Shown: positions 1 to 9,592 of the stretch, one piece after another | Layout: each line of letters opens with the position of its first letter | Position numbering within the stretch: position 1 is the stretch's first letter | Source: Candidatus Micrarchaeota archaeon | GTDB lineage: Archaea; Micrarchaeota; Micrarchaeia; Norongarragalinales; SBBD01 | Length of the DNA: 60,784 bases | Reading direction: 5' to 3' | NCBI GenBank assembly: GCA_043803465.1 | Contig: JAZDKC010000074.1 | Coordinates: 1-60,784 of the forward strand | The notes under the pieces: model-generated | What the model was told of the DNA's origin: nothing | Database searches by the model: none | Seen by the model: the letters and a program-made list of their open reading frames with translations, nothing else | Made by a program: the position numbers and the translations under genes

Positions 1-1
1 A

Positions 2-481
2 TTAGCCCAGCTGCACAGTTTCAATCCCCGCCTGCTCGAACAGCTCCTTCGTGAATTCGAACTCTTCCCGGTATTCCTCCCTATAATATAGTTCGCGGTA
101 AACTATTCGCTCGATACCCAGATTAGCCAGGATTTTGGCGCAGATTAAGCAGGGGAATGCAGTGGAATAGAGCGTCGCACCATTTACATTGATCCCATTT
201 CTCGCAGCAGAGATAATCGCATTCTGCTCTGCATGGATTGTCCGCACGCAATGGCCATGAATGAGCTTGCAGCCCGCTTCCGTGCAATGTGGCAGCCCCC
301 TTGCAGAGCCATTGTAGCCTGTTGCGAGCATGAAATGATCCCTTGCAAGGAGCGCACCGAATTTCCGCCTGTTGCAGGTTGCACGGGTCGCTATGGCGTC
401 AACCAATCTCATGAAATAGTGGTCCCAAGATTCGCGCGGCTCGTGCTTTTGCCCTTCCATGCGAACATTCTTTTCTGCCAT
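2..481 (-). CDS. dCMP deaminase (ComEB family)
   Basis: Zn motifs HAEQNA and PCLIC, plus ATC.RR..GA and TGYNG. Confidence 0.9.
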   Translation of the reverse strand: MAEKNVRMEGQKHEPRESWDHYFMRLVDAIATRATCNRRKFGALLARDHFMLATGYNGSARGLPHCTEAGCKLIHGHCVRTIHAEQNAIISAARNGINVNGATLYSTAFPCLICAKILANLGIERIVYRELYYREEYREEFEFTKELFEQAGIETVQLG

Positions 482-583
482 TTCAACCCACCCTCAATAA
501 ATAATATTGGCGGAATAGTAGGCGCGGGCACCATTAATAATGATTTTGGTAAAAACGGCCGCCCAACTACCAGCCCACGATTT

Positions 584-741
584 GACACATATAGGGGATG
601 ATCTAGAACCCCTTAGGTTCTAGTCATGCCAAGAAACTCTTGTTTCTTGAGCAACACATTTCCCCTGCTCGTGTTACGTAGGGCTCCACTCTACTAACAT
701 ACGAAGACATACGTCTTCGGCATGTCGCCTCCGCCCCTTTG
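584..741 (-). repeat. Long (158 nt) form of the GACAC/GTGTC hairpin element, directly after the kae1 stop
   Basis: Minus strand starts CAAAGGGGCGGAGGCGACATG, contains AACACGAGCAGGGG and several hairpins (CGAAGAC/GTCTTCG, CAAGAAAC/GTTTCTTG, CTAGAACC/GGTTCTAG), ends CCCCTATATGTGTC; followed by a copy of the kae1 3' end (567-583). Confidence 0.8.
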
Positions 742-1779
742 CTACCATCCAACGATTTCGGCATCAATCCTCGCCTTTTGGTTGTGCGAGGTGTCTTTCC
801 GATAGCAATTCGAGGCAAATTGGAGTGCGCCGGTTATTGTTATCATGCCCGCATTATCCCCCAATAATCCGAAGGGGGGGAAGCAACAGCCTATATCGTG
901 CTCCTTTGCCAATTCAATTGTCATCTCCTGCAACCGTTTATTCCGGTAATTCCCCCCGACTCCGATGATTTCCCTTTTTCTGGTCAAGGTGAGGGCACGT
1001 TCGGAAGCCTCAAGAAGCGCTGAGAACGCATATTCCTGCGCGGAATAGCAGATGTCGGAAATAGAATGCTTGGCAGGATTCAATTTTATTGCAGCTGTAA
1101 GCACACCGGAAAAGGATGCGTTCATCCCCTTGACGATATAGGGCAAATCGATGAGGTTTTTTCCATTAACCGCCTCGTTCATGACACCCACCGCATCAGG
1201 GGGCGAGAGCTGGAAATGCCTTCCAACGTGATCAAGAAAATTGCCCAATCCGATATCCAATGTTTCACCCAAAACCCGGTAATGCCTTTTCTTTTTCCCG
1301 TTTTCCAACACCATGATTTGCGTGTTCCCCCCTGAAACGTAAATAGCAAGCGGATCTTTGCAGCTGAAAAGGAAGCGCCCAATCTCGATGTGGGAAAGCG
1401 CATGGTTTACGGGCATTATGGGAATATTTTTTGAAACGGAGATGCTCTTTGCCGCAACATGGCCCAAATGGAGGCAATGCCCGATGCCCGGCCCGTAGGA
1501 ATAGCAAACAGCATCCAGATCCGAGAGCGTTATTTTAGCTTTTTCAAGGGTGGCATCCAAAATCCTATCAAAATTCTTCGCATGGAAATCAGCTAGCCTG
1601 CGGGGGATGAAGCCTTCCTTGAGGGAGGGGAACTTCATATCGGTTTCGGAAATGATTTTGGTGTTTTGCGGAGTAAGGGGGTGCGCCTTCGCTTTGCCCG
1701 CTGCTGAGAGGTCAACTTTGCTTTCAACAACTGCTGCGCCAAATGTATGTGCGGTACTTTCAAAACCAAGTATTAACAT
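742..1779 (-). CDS. kae1: tRNA t6A biosynthesis protein Kae1/TsaD
   Basis: ILGFESTAHT, GPG, NHALSHIE, YVSGGNTQ, GETLDIGLGN, DNAGMI; start moved to ATG 1779. Confidence 0.93.
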   Translation of the reverse strand: MLILGFESTAHTFGAAVVESKVDLSAAGKAKAHPLTPQNTKIISETDMKFPSLKEGFIPRRLADFHAKNFDRILDATLEKAKITLSDLDAVCYSYGPGIGHCLHLGHVAAKSISVSKNIPIMPVNHALSHIEIGRFLFSCKDPLAIYVSGGNTQIMVLENGKKKRHYRVLGETLDIGLGNFLDHVGRHFQLSPPDAVGVMNEAVNGKNLIDLPYIVKGMNASFSGVLTAAIKLNPAKHSISDICYSAQEYAFSALLEASERALTLTRKREIIGVGGNYRNKRLQEMTIELAKEHDIGCCFPPFGLLGDNAGMITITGALQFASNCYRKDTSHNQKARIDAEIVGW

Positions 1780-1823
1780 AATTGAAGTCACGCTGCGGAA
1801 ATTTAATAAACTTCTCAAATTAA

Positions 1824-1875
1824 GGGGGGTGGGGGGATGCTAACACGGGCAGGGGCAAAGCCCCCGGGAGGTGTC
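1824..1875 (+). repeat. Hairpin element copy in the divergent kae1/DP1 promoter region
   Basis: G-tract..GCTAACACGGGCAGGGGCAAAGCCCCCGGGAGGTGTC, with TTTAATAAA-containing copies at 1802 and 1877. Confidence 0.8.
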
Positions 1876-1939
1876 GTTTAATAAATTTCCGCAAATAATA
1901 CAATATCGATAGGGGGGAATTCCGGTTTTTTTCGAATTT

Positions 1940-3454
1940 GTGATAACCATGCCTATTGACAGGGCTCAAATTCTGCTCATGCTGAAGGAGAAGGAGCTGA
2001 TGGCATCCCCGGAGGCGTTGGACGCGCTAATCAATTCGGACAACCCCGAGGCGATAATTGGAGAGCTCGCAAAAAGGAATATCATTGTCGCTGATTTTGA
2101 GCAGGTGCACGACATCATTGAAAGCAGGGGGGTGGATGAGAAGGTCGTGCAGGTCGAGGTTCTGCAGGAAACGAGCTACAATCCTGCTGCAAAAGGCGTG
2201 GAGGCCAAGCTAAATCTGTCAATCCGGAACGATGTGACCGGAAAATCACGATGCACAGGCAGCGTGGATGATTTCGTGAGGTATTTCAATGACAGATACG
2301 ATAAGCATCGCAGGAGCCTGAGGGGGATGGCAACAAATGGAGGCGGGCTTTCAACCATTCGGGATGTGAAAAATTACCTCAAAAACAAGGAGGCGCGGAT
2401 CATCACGATGGTTTACGACAAGCGCATCACCAAAAACGGCCACCTGATGTTTGATGTTGAGGACGACCAAAGCACTGCAAGCGTATTGGTGCCGAAGGAC
2501 TCGCAGCTGTTCTACGAGGCATCGCAAATCCTCAATGACGAGGTGGTCGCATTCGATGTGTACCACTCGAACTCCTCGCTTCTTATCGCAAAGAATTTCG
2601 TGAGGCCCGGAAGGCTGCTTCAGGAGCGCACGAAAAAACTCATTGACGAGGATATTGGCATCGGCTTCCTTTCGGATTTGCATGTGGGCTCGAAATTCTT
2701 CATGCAGGAGAATTTCCAGAAATTCCTCGAGTTCATGAACGGGAAGGGCACTGCGGCGCAAAGGGAGGTCGCGGGCAAAATCAAATATTTATGCTTCGGA
2801 GGGGACAATGTGGACGGAATCGGCGTTTTTCCGGGGCAGGAAAAGCAGCTGGTCACAAAAGGGATCCATACGCAATACGAAATATTCTGCGAATTCATAA
2901 AGAACATCCCGGAGCATGTCGAGATAATCATTGCGCCCGGGAATCATGATGCGGTAAGGACTGCGGAGCCGCAGCCTGCGCTCCCGCAGGAGTTCTGGGA
3001 GGCACTGAAAGGCTATAGCAACGTTCATTTTGTCGGCAATCCATCCGCTCACAACGTGCATGGCTTGGAACTTTTGGTTTACCACGGCACTTCCCTTGAC
3101 GGGATAATTTCACACACGCAAATGTACAAGGACGGCTATATACATCCTGAAAAAGTCGCGGTAGGGCTTTTGCAAAGGAAGCACCTCGCCCCGCTTTACG
3201 GGGAGGATCCGTTGGTGCCAGAAGCGCACGATTTCATGGTGATAGAGGAAACGCCGGACATGTTCCATTTCGGGCATGTGCACAAGAATGGGCATATTGA
3301 GAATTACAATGGCACGTTGATTGTTAATTCGGGGACATGGCAGGATAGGACGGATTACCAGGTGAGGCTGGGGCACATGCCAACGCCATGCATCCTGCCG
3401 ATTTACAGCATGAAGAGCGGGAAGCTGCAGCACATTGATTTCAAGGGGGTATAA
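1940..3454 (+). CDS. polB: DNA polymerase D small subunit DP1 (proofreading exonuclease)
   Basis: OB fold plus phosphoesterase motifs SDLHVGS, GDNVDG, PGNHD, YHG, GHVH; adjacent to DP2. Confidence 0.95.
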   Translation: MITMPIDRAQILLMLKEKELMASPEALDALINSDNPEAIIGELAKRNIIVADFEQVHDIIESRGVDEKVVQVEVLQETSYNPAAKGVEAKLNLSIRNDVTGKSRCTGSVDDFVRYFNDRYDKHRRSLRGMATNGGGLSTIRDVKNYLKNKEARIITMVYDKRITKNGHLMFDVEDDQSTASVLVPKDSQLFYEASQILNDEVVAFDVYHSNSSLLIAKNFVRPGRLLQERTKKLIDEDIGIGFLSDLHVGSKFFMQENFQKFLEFMNGKGTAAQREVAGKIKYLCFGGDNVDGIGVFPGQEKQLVTKGIHTQYEIFCEFIKNIPEHVEIIIAPGNHDAVRTAEPQPALPQEFWEALKGYSNVHFVGNPSAHNVHGLELLVYHGTSLDGIISHTQMYKDGYIHPEKVAVGLLQRKHLAPLYGEDPLVPEAHDFMVIEETPDMFHFGHVHKNGHIENYNGTLIVNSGTWQDRTDYQVRLGHMPTPCILPIYSMKSGKLQHIDFKGV

Positions 3455-3642
3455 AAATGCAAAATCAGGGGGGTAGGCGGCAAAACGAGTGGGGAACCGA
3501 AGGTGCCCCGGAGGTGTCGAGCACATTGATTTCAAGAAGTTTTAATTTACGCAAAACGGGGAGGGGAGAGGCGACACGAGTGGGGAACCGCAGGTGCCCC
3601 GGAGGTGTCGAGCACATTGATTTCAAGGGGGTATAAAAATGC
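3429..3642 (+). repeat. Tandem array with 91-bp period: two hairpin elements (3468-3518, 3558-3609) and three copies of the DP1 3' end
   Basis: AGCACATTGATTTCAAG at 3429, 3520 and 3611; 32-bp identity between 3429-3460 and 3611-3642. Confidence 0.92.
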
Positions 3643-6600
3643 CAGAAGCCAGCGAGATGATGCAGAAATATTTTACCGAGCTTGAAGGGAAGTTCGCTGA
3701 TGCGTGGGCCATCGCATCAGAGGCCAGGAAGAGGCATCTCGATCCGGCGGACATAATTGAAACGAGGCCCGCAAAGAACATTTTCAGCAGGGTGGAAGGA
3801 TTGGTGGGGCCAGTTGGGGTCGCCGCCAGAATAGAGGAGATAAGCGAAGGGAAATCGAGGGAGGAGCTGGTATTCGAGATTGCCAGGGAAATCATGGATG
3901 AGTTGGCATACAAGCCGGCAGGTTATGAAAACGAGCACGAAAAAAAGGAAAAGCTAATAGAGCAGGCAATAAGGACCGGCCTCGCATTATTCACGGAAGG
4001 GGTTGTGAGCGCGCCCATCGAAGGGATTTCACAGGTGAGGCTGAAAAAAAACGCGGATGGGACGGACTTCTTGGCGGTATATTTTGCCGGCCCGATCAGG
4101 GGCGCTGGCGGAACAGGCCAGGCATTTTCAGTGCTGCTTGCGGATTTTTGCAGGCAACATTTGCACATCGGGAATTACAGGCCCTCGGAAACGGAAATCG
4201 AGAGGTATATCGAGGAATCGAACCTGTATGCGATCAAAACGCGCGCAGGCCAATATGTGCCAACTGATGATGAGATCAGGCATATTGTGACCAATTGCGC
4301 GGTATGCATCACCGGGGAGCCAACTGAGGATTACGAGATCAACGTGCACAAGGACACATACAATGTGGAGAGCAACAGGGTAAGGGGCGGAATGTGCCTT
4401 GTTGTTTCGGAAGGGATCTGCCTGAAGGCTGCGAAGGTTTTGAAAATCTCAAGGAAGCACAACATTCAATGGGATTGGCTTGAAGCGCTGATCAAGGTAG
4501 CGAAAAAAGCAGCTGCTAAAACCGAGCTTAGGCCCATGGAAAAGTACATAGATGAAATCGTCGCAGGAAGGCCGATTTTCGCATACCCGATGGCTAGGGG
4601 CGGTTTCCGGTTGAGGTATGGAAGGACGAGATTCACAGGAATCGCGAGCAAGGCAGTTCATCCTGCGACAATGGTCGCGCTTGATGAGTTCCTTGCTTTC
4701 GGCACGCAGATGAAAATCGAGCGGCCCGGCAAGGGCTGCATTGTAACGCCATGCAGTGCAATCGAAGGCCCGACGGTAAGGCTGAAGAGCGGCGAAGTGA
4801 GGAAGCTTGAAACGAAAGAAGACGCATACCTATTGAAAAACGAGATTGAAAGGATCATTTTTGTGGGCGATCTGCTGGTTAATTACGGCGATTTCCTCAA
4901 GGCGAACCATCCATTGGTGCCTTCCGCATGGTGCGAGGAATGGTATCAGCTGGAATTGGACGCTAAGGGCGAGAAGAAAACAATAGAGCAGATAAAGCAC
5001 ATGACAGCGGATGAGGCATTTGCGCTTTCCCAAAAACTGCAAGTGCCGCTTGCGCCGAGCTACACGTACCATTACCACGATTTATCCGTGCAGGAATTAA
5101 GGCAGGCCGCGGAATGGCTTTGCAGCGGCAAGCTGATAAAGGAATGGTTTGATTTGAGGGGATACAGGGTCGAGAAAGCAGAAGGCGCAAAAAACAAGAA
5201 GGAATTGCTCGAAAGGCTGTGCGTTCCCCACAAAGTAGAGGGCGAATTCGTGGTAATCGAGAAAAACAATGCGATCGCACTCCTGAAAACCTTGGGGTTG
5301 CTCAAGGATACCCTGACAATGGACTTTTTTGACAAGCATTATTCCAAGGAAAAGGAGGTTATGGAGCTCGTGAATGAGCTTGCGGGAATCAAAATACACC
5401 GGAAAGTGGGGATTTACATCGGCGGAAGCCAGGGACGGCCTGAGAAGGCAAAGGAGCGCAAGATGAAGCCGCCCGTGCACTCATTATTCCCGGTCGGCGA
5501 ATGGGGCGGGAAATCACGCGGGCTCGTGAAGGCAAAGGGATTGCTCAAGGAGAAGGCAAACGGGATGATTGAAGAGGAAATGGAGATTTCAATCTGCCCA
5601 ATCTGCGGGAAAAAGGTGCTAGGAAGGATTTGCGAAAGCTGCAATGAGCTTGCGGAAAGGAGGAGCAAGTGCCCCAATCCAAGGTGCAATTCAGTTGGCG
5701 GGGCAAGCCAGGAAAAGTGCATCAAATGCGGCTCGAACATGCAAAAATATGAGAAGCAGGTCGTGGGTTTTGTGGATGCATTTGAAAGAGCCGAGGCGAA
5801 GGTGAGTTTCAAGCCGGAAGAAGTGAAAGGCGTGCAGGGATTGATTTCAGCGACAAAAACCCCCGAAGCACTTGAGAAAGGGATCCTCCGGGCGAAGCAT
5901 GGCCTTTCCGTTTTCCGGGATGGCACTTGCAGGTTTGATGCAACAGAAATTCCCTCCACCCACTTCATCCCTTCGGAAATCAACATTTCAATAGAAAAAT
6001 TGCATGAACTGGGGTATGGGAAAGATATACATGGCAATCCGGTCACATCCTTGGACCAGGTAATCGAAATGAAGGCACAGGACGTCATTATTTCGGACTA
6101 TGCGGCGGAATATTTCATGCGGGTTTCTAATTTCATCGATGACCTTCTTGTTTACCAGTATGGCGCCCGCGCATATTACAACGCAAAGAAATCCGAGGAC
6201 CTGATCGGGAAATTGCTCATTGGGATCGCGCCGCATACTTCCGCCGGAATCCTTTGCCGCGTGATCGGGTATTCCAAAATAAGGGGCATAATTGCGCACC
6301 CGTACCTGCATTGCGCCGCAAGGAGGAATTGCGATGGCGATGAATTGTCGTATATTTTGCTGCTGGATGCATTGCTTAATTTCTCCAAATTATTCCTGCC
6401 CGAAACGCGCGGCGGGCAAATGGATGCATTATTGGTATTGACCACCATCCTCGACCCGAATGAAATCGATGATGGGGCGCATGCAATGGACTGCACAACG
6501 CAATACCCGTTGGAATTCTATGAGATGAGCCTTAGGCTTGCAGCGCCAAGCGAGGCGAAAATCGAAAAGGTTGCGGACCGGCTCGGGACGCAGGCGCAAT

Positions 6601-7070
6601 ATGAAAATATCAATTACACCCATTTCGCGAAATTAGAAGGCCCGATTGAAACAAGGTACGTCCAGCTCACCAACATGAAGGAGAAGGTGGACGCGGAGTT
6701 GGAGCTGATGGGCAAAATTGCGGCGGTGGATGTGAGGAACGCGACGGAGCGGATCATACTCTCGCATTTCTTCCCGGACCTGTATGGAAACCTGCGCAAA
6801 TTCTCGAAGCAAAAATTCCGGTGCGTCGATTGCGGCATGAAATTCCGGAGGGTGCCCTTGCAGGGCAAGTGCTTCAAGTGCGGGGGGAAATTGCTGCTCA
6901 CGGTGAACAAGGGCGGGATCACCAAATACCTCGAACTCTCGAAATCGCTGGTGGAAAAATACGAGCTGCCCGACTACCTGAGGCAGAGGCTGATGCTGAT
7001 CGAGAGGGAGATCAAGAGCATTTTCGAGGATGAAAAAGTCAAACAATTCAGCTTGAGCGATTATGCATAA
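3639..7070 (+). CDS. polC: DNA polymerase D large subunit DP2
   Basis: AGPIRGAGGT, GGFRLRYGR, RRNCDGDE, CxxC zinc modules; no intein apparent. Confidence 0.96.
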   Translation: MPEASEMMQKYFTELEGKFADAWAIASEARKRHLDPADIIETRPAKNIFSRVEGLVGPVGVAARIEEISEGKSREELVFEIAREIMDELAYKPAGYENEHEKKEKLIEQAIRTGLALFTEGVVSAPIEGISQVRLKKNADGTDFLAVYFAGPIRGAGGTGQAFSVLLADFCRQHLHIGNYRPSETEIERYIEESNLYAIKTRAGQYVPTDDEIRHIVTNCAVCITGEPTEDYEINVHKDTYNVESNRVRGGMCLVVSEGICLKAAKVLKISRKHNIQWDWLEALIKVAKKAAAKTELRPMEKYIDEIVAGRPIFAYPMARGGFRLRYGRTRFTGIASKAVHPATMVALDEFLAFGTQMKIERPGKGCIVTPCSAIEGPTVRLKSGEVRKLETKEDAYLLKNEIERIIFVGDLLVNYGDFLKANHPLVPSAWCEEWYQLELDAKGEKKTIEQIKHMTADEAFALSQKLQVPLAPSYTYHYHDLSVQELRQAAEWLCSGKLIKEWFDLRGYRVEKAEGAKNKKELLERLCVPHKVEGEFVVIEKNNAIALLKTLGLLKDTLTMDFFDKHYSKEKEVMELVNELAGIKIHRKVGIYIGGSQGRPEKAKERKMKPPVHSLFPVGEWGGKSRGLVKAKGLLKEKANGMIEEEMEISICPICGKKVLGRICESCNELAERRSKCPNPRCNSVGGASQEKCIKCGSNMQKYEKQVVGFVDAFERAEAKVSFKPEEVKGVQGLISATKTPEALEKGILRAKHGLSVFRDGTCRFDATEIPSTHFIPSEINISIEKLHELGYGKDIHGNPVTSLDQVIEMKAQDVIISDYAAEYFMRVSNFIDDLLVYQYGARAYYNAKKSEDLIGKLLIGIAPHTSAGILCRVIGYSKIRGIIAHPYLHCAARRNCDGDELSYILLLDALLNFSKLFLPETRGGQMDALLVLTTILDPNEIDDGAHAMDCTTQYPLEFYEMSLRLAAPSEAKIEKVADRLGTQAQYENINYTHFAKLEGPIETRYVQLTNMKEKVDAELELMGKIAAVDVRNATERIILSHFFPDLYGNLRKFSKQKFRCVDCGMKFRRVPLQGKCFKCGGKLLLTVNKGGITKYLELSKSLVEKYELPDYLRQRLMLIEREIKSIFEDEKVKQFSLSDYA

Positions 7071-7102
7071 TAATAAATTCAAGAACTGTGTGAATTAGCA
7101 AT

Positions 7103-8362
7103 ATGTTCAAGGAACTCGACATTCGCGGAAAATACCCGTCAGAAATAAACGAGCAGAAAATGCTCGCCTTAGGTTCGGCGTTATCCAAATCTGCCCCAAA
7201 ACTAATCGCAGGGATGGATTATAGGAAAAACAACCACTCGCTGTTTAAATCATTCGCAGGGGGATTCGGGAAGGAAATAGTCTTTTTGGGCAACGTGCCG
7301 ACTCCGGCGCTCGCATATTCGGCAATATCGTTCGGAGCAATGTTCACCGCATCGCACAATCCGTCAGAATATGCCGGTGTTAAATTTTTCAGGAATAAAA
7401 CTTATTTGGCAAAAGCGGAAATTGAAAAAATCAAATCCGAGTTTGAAAAAATAAATGATGAGTTCGGAAAAAATGAAGGAAGAGGGGGAAAAATTGCCTC
7501 TGCACCGAAAATCAACACTTCGGACGGCATATTGCTCATCAACAATTACCTGGATTCGCTGCCCGATGTCGAGGGCGGCATTTTCGATTTGTGCGGGGGT
7601 GCGGTCTGCGCGTTGAAGGAGCTTTTCCCAAGACGCATTTTCGATTCGCCGGATCCGGAATATGAAAAGCATTCGGCCGAGCCCAAGGATGATACGCTAG
7701 GGGCTTTGAAGAAGGAGACGGACTCCCACGATCTTTTGGGTTTCGCATTTGATGGCGACGGGGACCGATTGCAGATTGTAGACAACGGAAAATTGATAGA
7801 GGGGGATGTGACAGCCGCATTTGTTGCCGAAAATCACCTAAAGGGAAGCGACCGGATTGTGCTGAGCATCGATTGCAGGCAGGAGGTGTTTGATTTTGTG
7901 GATGATCTGGGATTGAAAGCAATCACTTCCAAAGTCGGGGATGCGTACGTAGTGGAAAAATCTCTGCAAGTTTCCGCAATCTTTTCCGCAGAACGCTCGG
8001 GCCACTTCACATTCTACAATCATGCGCCGAATTCGGATGGGATTTATGCCGCGGCAATCTTGTCAGAAAATAAAGCAGGCGAATTCTTCAAGTTCGCTAG
8101 GCAATTCAAGAACATAACCTATAAGGAGGAGCTATTTTACAAGGCGGATTTCGAAAAATTAAAAGAGCTGCTGCAGGAAAAAGCGGAGAAAATCGAGATA
8201 ATCGACGGAGTGAAAGCGAAATTCGAGAATTTCACGCTTTTGATCAGGCAGTCGACCACGGAGCCGAAAATCCGGATAAATTCGGAGGCAAAGACGGCGG
8301 AGAAGGCGAAGGAGGGCATGGGGCTTGCAAAGGAGGCAATTAATAAATGTAAAACGAGGTAG
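7103..8362 (+). CDS. Phosphomannomutase/phosphoglucomutase family protein
   Basis: TASHNP phosphoserine loop, FDGDGDR metal loop, RQSTTEPKIR. Confidence 0.9.
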   Translation: MFKELDIRGKYPSEINEQKMLALGSALSKSAPKLIAGMDYRKNNHSLFKSFAGGFGKEIVFLGNVPTPALAYSAISFGAMFTASHNPSEYAGVKFFRNKTYLAKAEIEKIKSEFEKINDEFGKNEGRGGKIASAPKINTSDGILLINNYLDSLPDVEGGIFDLCGGAVCALKELFPRRIFDSPDPEYEKHSAEPKDDTLGALKKETDSHDLLGFAFDGDGDRLQIVDNGKLIEGDVTAAFVAENHLKGSDRIVLSIDCRQEVFDFVDDLGLKAITSKVGDAYVVEKSLQVSAIFSAERSGHFTFYNHAPNSDGIYAAAILSENKAGEFFKFARQFKNITYKEELFYKADFEKLKELLQEKAEKIEIIDGVKAKFENFTLLIRQSTTEPKIRINSEAKTAEKAKEGMGLAKEAINKCKTR

Positions 8363-8368
8363 ACGAGT

Positions 8369-9574
8369 ATGGCAATTGAATCCCCAAGAAGGTTATTTAA
8401 GACTGCAAAGATCGAGGAAATGGCAGAGCAGGCGCGAATAAGCCCAAAGGTCGGTGCAAAGCCTTACGAAGAACGATCTATCGACATCACTAGGAAAGGA
8501 CGGACTGAAAAAGTTAATTTTTCAACAATTACAATTTACCCCCATGACATTCCTTTCGGGACTGCTCGCTGGCAGCGTTTCCGAGGATTCGCAAAAAAAC
8601 TATATTCTGAGCAAAACCTGAAGGATAATCAAAAATATATTGAAGGATTGAAAACGGATATCAATGCCGAAACCAAGAAAAATAATTTGCAAAGGGCAAA
8701 CTGGCTTAGGGGGGAACTGGAAAGTTCCTTTGCGTATAGGGAAAAAATCAAGGCAGGCCTCAAATGGCAGGGGGACAATCCAGAAAAGGCCGCCGAGTTG
8801 CGGGGGCTTGCGGCGAGAAGGCAGGAAGAAAAGCGGCTGTTGAAGGAAAATTTGCCGAATGACGTAAGAATGCAACGGGCGCTCCTTGCAAGGGTCTACA
8901 ACAAATGGAGAAAGACATTCAGGGGGAATATCGAGGACTCGAGCGCCAGAATCTCGTCGTTTGAGGGCAATACTGCCGGTTGGAAGGGAGCACCGAGCTT
9001 TTCAATAGAGGTCGCTTGGACGGGTGCAAAAAAGAATCCGCAGATTATCGGGCACTCTTTCACGCAGACAAAGAAAGGCGCAGGCACGTTGATTGAATAT
9101 TTTGCGGTTAATAGGGCATGGCAAAGATCGGGTGTTGCAGGCGTAATGATGAATAGGATCGAAAGGCGCACAGGAGAGCATGGCGAACGGCACCTGTTCT
9201 GGGAATATGAGCCTGAGGAAGGCGTCGGCATTTTAAACGCAATTGGGAGGCATTTCAGAACTACTGTGCAAAATTACAGGGATTTGAGCACTGAAAATGA
9301 GGAGGGCGTCAAAGGCGCGCAGTTCAGGGGCGAAGGCAAGGGAAGGCTTGCAGATCCCGTAAGAGCCGGGATTCCGATGCTTTTGGCCATCAGGGACATT
9401 AAAAATATAAGAAGAGTAATGACGGAGCGTGAGGCCAATGACGCTAGATATAAGATGATTTTGCACCTGCAGGATATTCATGGAGCGGATGTTAGGAGGC
9501 ACCTGAAAGCGATCGGCACATCCAAAGCGATAGATTCATTAGAAATGCTGCAAAGAATGAAGAAGCCCGCATAG
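8369..9574 (+). CDS. Basic orphan protein with a putative C-terminal GNAT domain
   Basis: IEYFAVNRAWQRSGVAGVMM resembles GNAT motif A (V..xxQxxGxA). Confidence 0.55.
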   Translation: MAIESPRRLFKTAKIEEMAEQARISPKVGAKPYEERSIDITRKGRTEKVNFSTITIYPHDIPFGTARWQRFRGFAKKLYSEQNLKDNQKYIEGLKTDINAETKKNNLQRANWLRGELESSFAYREKIKAGLKWQGDNPEKAAELRGLAARRQEEKRLLKENLPNDVRMQRALLARVYNKWRKTFRGNIEDSSARISSFEGNTAGWKGAPSFSIEVAWTGAKKNPQIIGHSFTQTKKGAGTLIEYFAVNRAWQRSGVAGVMMNRIERRTGEHGERHLFWEYEPEEGVGILNAIGRHFRTTVQNYRDLSTENEEGVKGAQFRGEGKGRLADPVRAGIPMLLAIRDIKNIRRVMTEREANDARYKMILHLQDIHGADVRRHLKAIGTSKAIDSLEMLQRMKKPA

Positions 9575-9592
9575 ATTAAACGGAAATAGAAT

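Noticed and set aside
3429-3642. CRISPR array
   Set aside because: Only 2-3 units, the 'spacers' are copies of the adjacent gene end, and no cas genes are present.
3639-7070. Inteins in DP2 (also checked for Lhr and NrdJ)
   Set aside because: Lengths are typical and no splice-junction or LAGLIDADG motifs were seen.
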